A stretch of DNA of 64,000 nt, taken from the NCBI GenBank assembly GCA_038891095.1, contig JAWAEV010000002.1, positions 1 through 64,000 of the forward strand, given 5' to 3'. Under the pieces are notes generated by a model. That model was not told the origin of the DNA. It made no database searches and worked only from the letters and a program-made list of their open reading frames with translations. The position numbers and the translations under genes are program-made. Below, piece after piece: positions 1 through 9,529 of the stretch; within the stretch, counting starts at the first letter, position 1; each line of letters opens with the position of its first letter. Source of the DNA: Candidatus Altiarchaeota archaeon (GTDB lineage Archaea > Altiarchaeota > Altiarchaeia > IMC4 > QMZM01).

Positions 1-1181
1 CCTATTCTTTTAATCAGTTCATTTCTTTCTCTTTCTTTTTCTTCTAAAATTTTTTGTTCCCTCTCTTTTATTTTCTTTTCCTTCTCTATCCTTTTCCTCT
101 CCTCCTCTTCCTTCAGCTTTTTTAACTCATCCTTAAGTTTATTTAGCTCCTCAAGTTCAGCCCTCCTCTTTTCTTCAGACTCAATTTTTTTCTTTTCAAT
201 TTCAGCTTCCATTGCCTTTAGCATCTCCTCTCTTTTCTTCAATTCAATCTCTTTTTCCTTATCAATCTCTCTTTTCCTCTCCTCCTCTTCCTTCAGCTTT
301 TTTAACTCATCCTTAAGTTTATTTAGCTCCTCAAGTTCAGCCCTCCTCTTTTCTTCAGACTCAATTTTTTTCTTTTCAATTTCAGCTTCCATTGCCTTTA
401 GCATCTCCTCTCTTTTCTTCAATTCAATCTCTTTTTCCTTAGTAGCCTCTCGTTTTCTCTGCTCTTCTTCCTCTTTTAACTTTTTTAATTCTTCTCTTAT
501 TTCCTTTATCTCTTCTTTAAGATGCCTCTCAACTTCAAATTTCTCTTTGATTTCTAATGGTTTTAATCCTCTTTTCTCTCTGATATCTCTCTCCATATTC
601 CTTAATTTCTCTTCTTTTAATTGCAACTCTTTCTCTCTTCTTTTTATTTCCTCTTCTTGTAGTTTGTAAAAATCAGCCCCTTGTTTTCGCTTTTCTTCTT
701 CAATTTCTCTTATCTTCTCAAATTCTTTTTCTTTCTCCTTTATTTCCTCTTCTATTGGTTTTACTACAGATTTTTCTTTTTCAATTGCTTTTGCTTCTGC
801 CTCTATTGCAAGAGGTCTTGAAATTTTCTCTTTTTTTCTTTCAGATATTCTTTGTTTCATTATATCAAGAAGTTGCTCAACTTTTTCTGCTTCCATAGCT
901 TTTCTTTTTTCTTCCTCAGAAAGAGTTTCCTCAACATGCTTTGAGATTTCTTCCTTAGAAATTGCTCCCGCTAACTTCTCCCCTTTTTTTATTATCTTAT
1001 CACCAACAATTGAGTAGTGGATCTCTACAATTTTATGCTCTGCTAAAATTTTAACTAGTTCCTCTAAGGATGCTTCATCTATATCAAGGGCTTTCGCTGC
1101 ATCTTGAAATTTAATCTTCCCAAATTTATTTACAAGATTTACGAGAGAATCCAAACTTGTTTTTATTTTACTTTCTGGCAT
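1..1181 (-). CDS. Partial (3' end outside window) protein with N-terminal winged-helix-like domain and long E/K-rich coiled coil containing a 60-aa tandem repeat
   Basis: Not in ORF track because it has no stop in the window. ATG at 1181 reads MPESKIKTSLDSLVNLVNKFGKIKFQDAAKALDIDEASLEELVKILAEHKIVEIHY, then E/K/R-rich sequence toward the window edge. Confidence 0.8.
   Translation of the reverse strand, partial: MPESKIKTSLDSLVNLVNKFGKIKFQDAAKALDIDEASLEELVKILAEHKIVEIHYSIVGDKIIKKGEKLAGAISKEEISKHVEETLSEEEKRKAMEAEKVEQLLDIMKQRISERKKEKISRPLAIEAEAKAIEKEKSVVKPIEEEIKEKEKEFEKIREIEEEKRKQGADFYKLQEEEIKRREKELQLKEEKLRNMERDIREKRGLKPLEIKEKFEVERHLKEEIKEIREELKKLKEEEEQRKREATKEKEIELKKREEMLKAMEAEIEKKKIESEEKRRAELEELNKLKDELKKLKEEEERKREIDKEKEIELKKREEMLKAMEAEIEKKKIESEEKRRAELEELNKLKDELKKLKEEEERKRIEKEKKIKEREQKILEEKERERNELIKRI
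91..441. repeat. Perfect intragenic direct repeat, 171 bp x2, period 180 bp
   Basis: 91-261 is identical to 271-441; period is in frame (60 codons). Confidence 0.95.
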
Positions 1182-1290
1182 CTTTTTGTCCTTGAATTAA
1201 TTCATTAATTTATTGTAAAAACAAGTATATAGATTTTTCTTTTCTTATTTTTTGGCTGTTAACTGGAGCTTATAGAAAAATTGTAGAGCA

Positions 1291-2577
1291 TCAAATCTTT
1301 AAACTTACACCATCAGATAGCAAATGTAAATTTTTGTTCAACTCATAGCCTTCCTCAATTCCTAACTCAACATAATCGCTTTTCATTTGTGCTGTTCCAT
1401 GGCATGGTATAATATGCTCAGGATTCAATAGTTTTAGTAGATGGCGATGGTCTTCTTTACATGCATGTCCATGAGCGTGAACTTGAAATATTTTAACTTT
1501 CCTAAAATTTAGTTTTGTCTCAATTGCATATCTCGTCGCTTGGTTTGTTGGAGTTGGAATTACTTCAGCTCCAAATATCATTACATCCCCTTTTCTAAAT
1601 TCAAAATCAAATACACCATTTGACATTCTTGAGAGAACAGAATCTGGTTCACCTTGATGTCCTGTAACAATAAGGAAATATTCATCTCTTGAATTTGCTA
1701 AATTTTTTAACACCCGATTTATACCTTTTGCATTTGCAAGTATTTTTACATCATCAGGCAATTTTATAAGACCATATTTATCAGCAATTCTAACCTGCGA
1801 GTTTAATGATCTCCCAAGAATTAAAACTTTTCTCCCTTTTTTTTCAGAGCAGTCAATAAAATGTTGAATTCTTTCTATATGAGTTGAAAATGTTGATGCT
1901 ATCACTAAACCGGAATCAATAAATTCAAACAAATCCTCTAATTGGTATTTTACTGTTCTTTCTGAGGGAGTTTTCCCTATTTTTCCAACCCTCAAAGATT
2001 CAACAATAAGGGCTTTTATCCCCTCATTACCAAGTTCTTTTAAACGCCTATAATCTGTGCTTGCAATTTGAGAATGGTTATCAAAACGATAGTCACTTGC
2101 ATATGCGATTTTTCCTTCAGGAGTGTTCAAGATTACAATTGATGCATAAGGTATAGAATGAGTTACTTCAACGAATTCTGCAGATACTTTGTTTGTAAGT
2201 GTAAACTCCTCATTATAACCTTTAAGTTGAAATTTTCCTTCTGGATATTCATTACTTGCTATATCTACAGCAAAAGGAAGTCCATAAATTGGAACTTTTG
2301 GTTTTATTATAGACAATGCTCCAACATGATCTAAATGACCATGCGAAAGAATAATTGCTTTTTCCCTTCTTAAGAGATGAAAATTTGGAATAATTCTCTT
2401 CTTTATTAAGTCTTCTTTATTAAATTTTCTTAACCTTTGTGTATCAGAATCGTACATTTGCAGAGTATCTAAGCGTATTCCACAATCAATAACTATCTCT
2501 TCATTATCGACTTCAATACTAGTCATATTTCCTCCAACGGCGTTATAGCCACCTATAGCCTTTATTGTTATTGTCAT
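1291..2577 (-). CDS. rnj: Ribonuclease J (beta-CASP metallo-beta-lactamase)
   Basis: GGYNAVGGNM start, SHGHLDH, THSIP, TGHQGEP, HAHGH and PCHG motifs. Confidence 0.9.
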   Translation of the reverse strand: MTITIKAIGGYNAVGGNMTSIEVDNEEIVIDCGIRLDTLQMYDSDTQRLRKFNKEDLIKKRIIPNFHLLRREKAIILSHGHLDHVGALSIIKPKVPIYGLPFAVDIASNEYPEGKFQLKGYNEEFTLTNKVSAEFVEVTHSIPYASIVILNTPEGKIAYASDYRFDNHSQIASTDYRRLKELGNEGIKALIVESLRVGKIGKTPSERTVKYQLEDLFEFIDSGLVIASTFSTHIERIQHFIDCSEKKGRKVLILGRSLNSQVRIADKYGLIKLPDDVKILANAKGINRVLKNLANSRDEYFLIVTGHQGEPDSVLSRMSNGVFDFEFRKGDVMIFGAEVIPTPTNQATRYAIETKLNFRKVKIFQVHAHGHACKEDHRHLLKLLNPEHIIPCHGTAQMKSDYVELGIEEGYELNKNLHLLSDGVSLKI

Positions 2578-2649
2578 TTTGCAACATCAGGAAATTTCTT
2601 ATTGAATGACCTGGCTTAGTATTTATACCATTTGAAAAATAATAAATGC

Positions 2650-4257
2650 TCAAATTTTAGAAAAATTTGATTGTTTTTTTAGCCACTCAACAATTTTCTG
2701 CATTTTTTTCTCTCTTTGTATTTCAGCATTTAAATATGCCTCATCCTTGCTATCATCTGTTATGAGAATGACAACTTTGCCTATATTAATTCTTCCTGTT
2801 CTGCCACGCCTTTGTATTGCTCTTATTTCTGAAGGTATAGGCTCATAAAAAACAACTAGATCAACATTTGGTATGTCTAAGCCCTCTTCGGCAACAGAAC
2901 TTGCAATTAGAGTGTTATATTCATGAGCCTTAAATTTTTCTAAAATTTCTTTTTGCTCTTTTTGTGAGAGACCTTTTCTACCATGCCTTGAAGATTGCCC
3001 AATAAATTTTATAGCTTTCACATTCGGCAATTTTTTTAATTCATCAAAAAGCGAATTTATTGTGTCCCTATATTGTGAGAAAATTAATATCAGTGAGTCC
3101 TGCTTCTCATTTAATTGTTCACTAACTACTTTCAATAATGACTGAATTTTAGGATGTGAAGTCTTGCTTAGAGAAAAATTTTCAATAAAAGAAAAGATTT
3201 TCTCTATTCGTTTATCATTTATGAATGCTTTTTCTGCTTTACTTAGCTTCTCCTTTTTTCTAATTCTATTAAGATAGTCATATAAAGGTAATATCCCCTG
3301 AGTTTCCAATAGTTCTGAGCAATGATACGCAAACAATGCTATTGTTTGATTTTGCATTATGCCAAATAGATAGCCCTTCTTTTTATTATTTGAGAGCATT
3401 TTTCTAATTTTTTCTCCAATTAGTAGTAAATCTTTTTTTGAAACATATTCTGCTTTCTTATAACTCAAAAAACCAAGTCTCTGCAATTTTTCAATTCTCT
3501 CTTTTAAAATTTCATAAAAAATTTTTTGCATTTCTTTTTGTTTTTCATCTAAAGAAACTTTTTCCCAAAAAATTTTTATCTCTTTTACATAATTGCGAAC
3601 ATCTATATCCTCCCTTGTTCTTACTTCAACTTGTGAAATATTCAGATTTTTTATAAGCTCCATAATTTTCTTTCGTTTACTTCCTGGAGAGGCTGTCATT
3701 GCGAGAATTAGACCTTTAGATAAATTTGAAAATTCTTTTGCAATATGCACATATGCATATTTTCCAGATGCTCTATGTGCTTCATCTATAATTAAAAGGG
3801 CGACATCTTTTAATGAGTACCTAAGAGTTGAAGTATCATTCTTTATAATTTGTGGTGTTGAAAAAATTATCCTACTTCTATCAAACTTTGCAACCCTCTC
3901 TCTAACATTTATTTCACCTGTAAAAATAGCCATGCTCTCTTCTTCAGAAAGAGCAAGAATTTTCTCAAATGTTTGCATGTGTTGCATAACTAATGGCTTT
4001 GTTGGAGCTAAAAATAAAATTTTAGATTCAGGAAAATTTTGCAACCTATGAGCTGAAACCATTGCTGCAATTATCGTCTTACCTAAGCCTGTTGGTAAAA
4101 CAACTAAAGTATTTCTCTTTAGTGCCTTTTCTGCAATTTTTACTTGAAATTCTCTTGCTTTCAGTATACCTACTTTTATCTTAGAATGTTTAATAAAGCC
4201 ATCTATTATAAAAAACTTCCCTTCTTTTTCAATAAAGTCAAGAAGACTACAGTTCAT
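2650..4257 (-). CDS. hef: Hef/FANCM (Mph1)-like SF2 helicase, helicase domain only
   Basis: LPTGLGKT, DEAHRA, TASPG, EEGLDIP, QRRGRTGR; ends at 535 aa with no ERCC4 nuclease domain. Confidence 0.85.
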   Translation of the reverse strand: MNCSLLDFIEKEGKFFIIDGFIKHSKIKVGILKAREFQVKIAEKALKRNTLVVLPTGLGKTIIAAMVSAHRLQNFPESKILFLAPTKPLVMQHMQTFEKILALSEEESMAIFTGEINVRERVAKFDRSRIIFSTPQIIKNDTSTLRYSLKDVALLIIDEAHRASGKYAYVHIAKEFSNLSKGLILAMTASPGSKRKKIMELIKNLNISQVEVRTREDIDVRNYVKEIKIFWEKVSLDEKQKEMQKIFYEILKERIEKLQRLGFLSYKKAEYVSKKDLLLIGEKIRKMLSNNKKKGYLFGIMQNQTIALFAYHCSELLETQGILPLYDYLNRIRKKEKLSKAEKAFINDKRIEKIFSFIENFSLSKTSHPKIQSLLKVVSEQLNEKQDSLILIFSQYRDTINSLFDELKKLPNVKAIKFIGQSSRHGRKGLSQKEQKEILEKFKAHEYNTLIASSVAEEGLDIPNVDLVVFYEPIPSEIRAIQRRGRTGRINIGKVVILITDDSKDEAYLNAEIQREKKMQKIVEWLKKQSNFSKI

Positions 4258-4266
4258 TTAATTTTA

Positions 4267-5265
4267 TTAATCAATCTGATAAATTTTACCTTTTAAATCT
4301 GATAATTTTTTTGAACCACTAAGAAACATAGCTATCTTTAACTCAAGAATAAATTTCTCTAAAAATTCTCTCACTGCAGGTTTTCCATTTCTTGACCATT
4401 CTCTTAAAATTGGTAACGCTATGCTAACACAACTCGCTCCCAATGCCAAGGCCTTTGCAGCTTCTAACCCGTTTCTTATGCCGCCAGAGCCAATTACATA
4501 TACTGGTAATTTTGAAACTTCCTTTATTGCTAATGCTGTTGGAATTCCCCATGTTGAAAATAATCTTCCTATTTCTCTATTTCTCTTATCTGTTCTATAG
4601 CTCTCTATTAAGCTCCAAGAAGTGCCACCTGCTCCTGAGACATCTATTGCTGCTACTTTTAATTTTTTTGCAATCTCATATGATATACCACATCCAGTCT
4701 CTTTTACTATCACTGGTTTTTCTAAATTTTCAGAAATTTTATTTATCTTTTCTACTAAATTTGAAAAATTTTTGTTGCCTTCTGGTTGGATTACCTCTTG
4801 CAAAGGATTTAAGTGCAAAGCTAATGCATCTGCATCAATCATCTCTATTGCTTTTTTACATTCCTCTATCCCAAAACCATAGTTTAGCTGAACTGCTCCA
4901 AGATTTGCAATTAGCAAAACATCAGGTGCAATTTCCCTTAAATTATATTTCATCGAAAGATTTTTTCTATCAAAGAAAACCCTTTGGCTTCCAACACCAA
5001 AACCAATCTTTAAATCCTGAGCAATCTCTGCTAAATCCTTATTTATTTCCTCTGTTTTTTCTGTGCCACCTGTCATTGCACCAATTATTATTGGATGAGC
5101 GAGTTTTCTGCCAAGGAATTTTATTTCTGTTGAAATCTCATCAAAATCAATTTCTGGCAGGGCCATATGCTTAATTCTGAATTTATCAAATTCTGTATTT
5201 CCTGATTCAACAGGTTTATTGATGCATATCCTTATATGTTCATCTTTTCTACTAAAAATTTTCAT
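4267..5265 (-). CDS. fni: Type 2 isopentenyl-diphosphate delta-isomerase
   Basis: RKDEHI, AMTGG, GVGSQR, HLNPLQE, VKETGCG, GAGGTSW. Confidence 0.95.
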   Translation of the reverse strand: MKIFSRKDEHIRICINKPVESGNTEFDKFRIKHMALPEIDFDEISTEIKFLGRKLAHPIIIGAMTGGTEKTEEINKDLAEIAQDLKIGFGVGSQRVFFDRKNLSMKYNLREIAPDVLLIANLGAVQLNYGFGIEECKKAIEMIDADALALHLNPLQEVIQPEGNKNFSNLVEKINKISENLEKPVIVKETGCGISYEIAKKLKVAAIDVSGAGGTSWSLIESYRTDKRNREIGRLFSTWGIPTALAIKEVSKLPVYVIGSGGIRNGLEAAKALALGASCVSIALPILREWSRNGKPAVREFLEKFILELKIAMFLSGSKKLSDLKGKIYQID

Positions 5266-5278
5266 TTTTGTTTTTATG

Positions 5279-6079
5279 CTAATCTACTATAGTCCCATAA
5301 GCATCTCCCTTGATAAGTTCTCTCTTTAACAACCCTTTTTTAAATCCATTTATCAATTTAATTTTCATACCTTTTTTTGAGATTTTCAATAGTTCCTCAA
5401 TTTTTCTCTTCATACCTCCTGTAACATCTGTGCTCGTTGAGCTACCAAGTTTTTTTATCTCATTGACATTTACCTTTCCTATTTTTTTTATCAATTTTGC
5501 ATTTTTATCTTTTTTAGGATCAGATGTATAGACACCATTAACATCTGTGCATAGAATGACTTTCTTTGCATTTAATTTTTTTGCAATATAACTGACAAGA
5601 TAATCTCCTGAGAGAATCCCAATACCTTTTTTTCTATCTAATAAAACATCGCCATATAACACAGGTATTATTCCAAGTTGTAAAAAATTTTTCAATATCC
5701 TCAACTGAAATGAAACTAATTTTCCATTTTCTAAAACTCCAGATGCAGATGGCTGAAATGCAATTGCATTTAATTTAGCATTTTGTAGGGCTTCAACAAC
5801 TCTAAAATTTAATTCCTCCATAAATTTATGTGTTTCTGCAATTCCTTTAATTTGTTTATCAAAGTTCTTAAGACCTTCATTTAACTTATACTTTTTTGCA
5901 GGAACATGCCCAAAGGCACCAGCTCCATGCACAACAACTAAGGAAAAATTTCTCTTTGTCTTTGCTTCTGAAATTTCCTTAGCAATTCTCTTTAAAATTT
6001 TTTCATTTACTTCTCTTTTATTTTGGGATTTTTTTGTTATTACTGAGCCACCAAGTTTTAAAACTAAAATTTCTTGCAT
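5279..6079 (-). CDS. ipk: Isopentenyl phosphate kinase
   Basis: LKLGGSVIT, VHGAGAFGH, SGD, DVTGGM; adjacent to fni. Confidence 0.92.
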   Translation of the reverse strand: MQEILVLKLGGSVITKKSQNKREVNEKILKRIAKEISEAKTKRNFSLVVVHGAGAFGHVPAKKYKLNEGLKNFDKQIKGIAETHKFMEELNFRVVEALQNAKLNAIAFQPSASGVLENGKLVSFQLRILKNFLQLGIIPVLYGDVLLDRKKGIGILSGDYLVSYIAKKLNAKKVILCTDVNGVYTSDPKKDKNAKLIKKIGKVNVNEIKKLGSSTSTDVTGGMKRKIEELLKISKKGMKIKLINGFKKGLLKRELIKGDAYGTIVD

Positions 6080-6468
6080 TTTTTCTTTTCTATAATTACT
6101 TTCCCACCATTAATAATAACATAATCTCCAGTTTCAATTTTTCTTATATCGACCTTATCAACACAGGCTATATCTGAAATTATTGCACCAATTGCAACTA
6201 TTGGTTCGCATTCCTTGTTTATTATTCCTTTCGGAGCAACTTTATTCTTTTTTAATCTGTAAAGTGCATATGAACCAACAGTAGAGCCTTTCCCATAAGG
6301 AAATACAAGAATTTTATTTTTTATGCTTTTACCATAGAGCTCGTGATTTTTTTCAATGATGCGCCCTGTTTCAATATCAACGCATCCAAAAAAAGAAATA
6401 GGCTGCTTTGAAACTATTGCAATACCTTTAACTTTTCCAAAATTTATAATTCTTGCATTTAGTTCCAT
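6064..6468 (-). CDS. Phosphomevalonate dehydratase small subunit (AcnX swivel domain, DUF126)
   Basis: ISFFGCVD..G, FPYGKGSTVGSY; coupled to the large subunit. Confidence 0.9.
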   Translation of the reverse strand: MELNARIINFGKVKGIAIVSKQPISFFGCVDIETGRIIEKNHELYGKSIKNKILVFPYGKGSTVGSYALYRLKKNKVAPKGIINKECEPIVAIGAIISDIACVDKVDIRKIETGDYVIINGGKVIIEKKKCKKF

Positions 6469-7658
6469 TCTCCCTTGAGCGCTGCATTAATACACTTCTC
6501 TAATGAGCCAAAATTGACTTTCGCATTACAATAACTTCTCAAATAGAATGCTGCTTTTCCTGAATTTGTTGCAATTCTTTTAAATTTCTTTTTTAATGGT
6601 GAAACTACCATGCAAGTATCTGCAAATATCTTTGCTCCAGAACCTTCAATTTTTTTTATCAATGACTTTTTCTCTGCAATTTCCTTAATTTTTCTTGAAG
6701 TCATAATCCAAATTTTTGTCTTTGCTTTCCTTCCGTTTAATAATTTTGCAATTTTTTTTAGTTCATATAGTGATGTATGCGGGCAACCAATTGCTATAAG
6801 ATCTACTTCTCCAGAATCAAAATTCAATTCTTCATAAGCTTCAGAAAGGTCTGTAATCTCTACTTTCTCAAATTTTTTAGATAGCATATTGTATTTTCTT
6901 GCTTCGGGTGTTATACCTTTTATGTGGTATAAACTAATTCCACCAGATGACGCCATTGATGCTCCTAAAAATTTTAAATTTTTTTTAGTCACTTTTTTAA
7001 TTCCTTGAATATATGGCACACCATTTAAAATTTTTTTACCAATTAAATATCCTAATGCACTAAAGTCAGAATCATTTTTTAATTTTACTTTTACATTCAC
7101 AAGGTAATTTGCCTTTCTTTTCTCATCTAAGTGATATCCGTATTTTGGTGTAACTCCAGTAATTGCACTGCATAAAGCAGAAATTCCAGATTCTCTGTTG
7201 CTATAAGCACCAAGAACAGAATTTGCATATATGACTGCTGAAGATTCTGCCCATGCGATATGCTCATGAAATTTTGGTTTATTACCAATCAAATATGGAA
7301 CGCAACTACAGGTAATTGAGGCATTAATCTTCTTAAAAATTTTTATAATCTCAAGTTGTTTTTTAGCAAATTTTTTTTGAATTCCCATTTCTTGCCATTG
7401 TTTTAGGTCCATACCACACGGATTTATTGTTGTTGGAACTTCGACTTTTACATCCTCTGCCAAGAAATCATTAAGAAATCCAAGTCCTTCATCAGATAGA
7501 TTCTTATAACTTATACCAGAAATTTGTGCTGATGCTATTTTTATCATAGATTTAGCATTGAAGATTTTTCCTAATGAAACAAGAATTTCCATTGCTTTCT
7601 TTTTTGTTGTTCCATACCTGCCATTTAACATATCTTTTTCTCTTTTTGTTAAATGCAT
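6459..7658 (-). CDS. Phosphomevalonate dehydratase large subunit (aconitase X, DUF521)
   Basis: MHLT..E..ML.G start (ATG 7658), GISYKN, CSCVPY, WAESSA, GCPH, DTCMVV, NSGKAA. Confidence 0.9.
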   Translation of the reverse strand: MHLTKREKDMLNGRYGTTKKKAMEILVSLGKIFNAKSMIKIASAQISGISYKNLSDEGLGFLNDFLAEDVKVEVPTTINPCGMDLKQWQEMGIQKKFAKKQLEIIKIFKKINASITCSCVPYLIGNKPKFHEHIAWAESSAVIYANSVLGAYSNRESGISALCSAITGVTPKYGYHLDEKRKANYLVNVKVKLKNDSDFSALGYLIGKKILNGVPYIQGIKKVTKKNLKFLGASMASSGGISLYHIKGITPEARKYNMLSKKFEKVEITDLSEAYEELNFDSGEVDLIAIGCPHTSLYELKKIAKLLNGRKAKTKIWIMTSRKIKEIAEKKSLIKKIEGSGAKIFADTCMVVSPLKKKFKRIATNSGKAAFYLRSYCNAKVNFGSLEKCINAALKGEWN

Positions 7659-7659
7659 A

Positions 7660-8928
7660 TTACTCACCAATTCTCCCTTTTATGAAATCCTCCTTTTTTT
7701 TGTTCCATGGAATTGTCGCATCTATGCCAATTTTAACTGTCATGGAATTTTCATCAGCAGATGGATCCAAAGAGCTTCCCAACTCTTTTTTTATTACAAG
7801 ATTCTCTTTCTTCCCTTGGAATCTTGTTGCAATTGCCCATTCTACCTCATTAATGTTATGAATGTCAATATCATCATCAACTATAACAACATGCTTTAAA
7901 CTTTTATGTGCTTCAAATGATCTCACTATAGCTTTTTTTCCATCATCTTTATTTTTCTTTTTTATTTTAACAACTCCATTAAGCCATGAGCAACCACCTT
8001 CTGTTAGCAAGACATCTTCACATCTACATACTTTATTTATTTCATTAAACATTGCAACTTCTCTTGGTGTGCCCATTAAAAATTTATGTTCTTTTAGCGA
8101 GGGAACTATCGCATGGTAAATTGGATTTTTTCTATGTGTTATAAGGTCTATCTCAATAACTGGTTCTTTTCTGATAATATCAAAAGTTCCAGTTATGTCT
8201 AAAAATGGACCTTCAAAATGTTTTTCTTTTGTTATTCTCCCTTCAAGTACAATCTCCGACTCAGAAGGAACTAAAATTTCTGATGTTTTACATTTAACTA
8301 AATTAAAATTTTCAATAGAATTTGCAATTTCTAATTCATTGGTATTTATAGCAACAGAAATCGCTGCAGAAATTAAAATTGCTGGTGAAAGCCCAATGCA
8401 AATTGCAACATTCAGATCTTTTTTTGTTCTTTGGAGGTAAGTATATAAATCTCTCTTACAAATTCTTGCAACTAACTTATCTTTTGCTATTGGAGTCGCT
8501 CTATGAAAACTTGCATTCAAGCCATATTCTTTATCATTTGCAATAAAAACACCTGCAGTTATATAAGGTCCCATATCCTTACTTGTGTGTAATAAAATTG
8601 GTAAATCATAAAGGTTTACATCATCTATAACAACCTCATGACAGGGAGCTCTTTCAACAATTTTTGGCTTCGAAGGGTTATTTATCGCATTTGAAATTCT
8701 TTTAAGAAATTCTTGCCTTTCTTTTAATTTGAGATATCTTAACATTCTTTCACTTGAGAGTAGGTTTCCAACAACTTTGTAGTTTGAATTTTTTACATTC
8801 TCAAATAAAACTGCTTTTTTTTCATTGCTTAAAATTTTTGCAATTTCCAAATTTGTAGATACAGCTTCTTTTATCTTTAAAAGTTCATTATTTTTCTCCA
8901 ATTCTTTTATTAACTCTCTAAATGTCAT
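7660..8928 (-). CDS. UbiD-family decarboxylase, probable anhydromevalonate phosphate decarboxylase
   Basis: EGPFLDITG, EGGCSWL, VVIVDDDID, VEWAIATR, SSLDPS; lies between ubiX and PMDh genes. Confidence 0.88.
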   Translation of the reverse strand: MTFRELIKELEKNNELLKIKEAVSTNLEIAKILSNEKKAVLFENVKNSNYKVVGNLLSSERMLRYLKLKERQEFLKRISNAINNPSKPKIVERAPCHEVVIDDVNLYDLPILLHTSKDMGPYITAGVFIANDKEYGLNASFHRATPIAKDKLVARICKRDLYTYLQRTKKDLNVAICIGLSPAILISAAISVAINTNELEIANSIENFNLVKCKTSEILVPSESEIVLEGRITKEKHFEGPFLDITGTFDIIRKEPVIEIDLITHRKNPIYHAIVPSLKEHKFLMGTPREVAMFNEINKVCRCEDVLLTEGGCSWLNGVVKIKKKNKDDGKKAIVRSFEAHKSLKHVVIVDDDIDIHNINEVEWAIATRFQGKKENLVIKKELGSSLDPSADENSMTVKIGIDATIPWNKKKEDFIKGRIGE

Positions 8929-9469
8929 TTTCTTTCCATCTCCTATAGAGTTTGTTCTCTAAATTTAACATATCTAAAATTTTACCAACAAAAAAGTTTG
9001 TTATGTCATCAACACTTTTTGGTTTGTGGTAATAAGCAACATTCATTGGCAATATAATTGCTCCTGCTAATTTTAATTTTCTCATATTCTCAATTGCACT
9101 CAAGCTTAATGGTGTATCTCTTGGGACAACTATAAGTTTTCTGTTACATTTCAAAAAATTTTCAGCACATCTACTTACTAAATTTTCTGAAAAACCATTT
9201 GCTATTGCAGCCAAAGTTTTCATTGAGCAAGGAACTATAACCATAGCATCAGCAATAAATGAAGAACTTGACAATCTTGAATTTAAATCATTTTCATCAT
9301 AAAAAAAACTTGCTAATTTTTCTAATTTTTCATTAGGCAACTCATAGGAGATAACTTTTTTTGCATTTTCAGTTATTATAAGATGAGTTTCATGCTCCTT
9401 TAAATTTTCCAAAAGTTTTTTAGCTACAATAACTCCTGAAGCGCCAGTAATAGCAACAACAATCTTCAT
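8918..9469 (-). CDS. ubiX: Flavin prenyltransferase UbiX
   Basis: VAITGASG, PCSMKTLAAIANG, PRDTP. Confidence 0.93.
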   Translation of the reverse strand: MKIVVAITGASGVIVAKKLLENLKEHETHLIITENAKKVISYELPNEKLEKLASFFYDENDLNSRLSSSSFIADAMVIVPCSMKTLAAIANGFSENLVSRCAENFLKCNRKLIVVPRDTPLSLSAIENMRKLKLAGAIILPMNVAYYHKPKSVDDITNFFVGKILDMLNLENKLYRRWKENDI

Positions 9470-9529
9470 CGCATTTATTGTATTTGCATTATATTAATTT
9501 TATTGATATAGAACTTAAAACCTAAAAGA

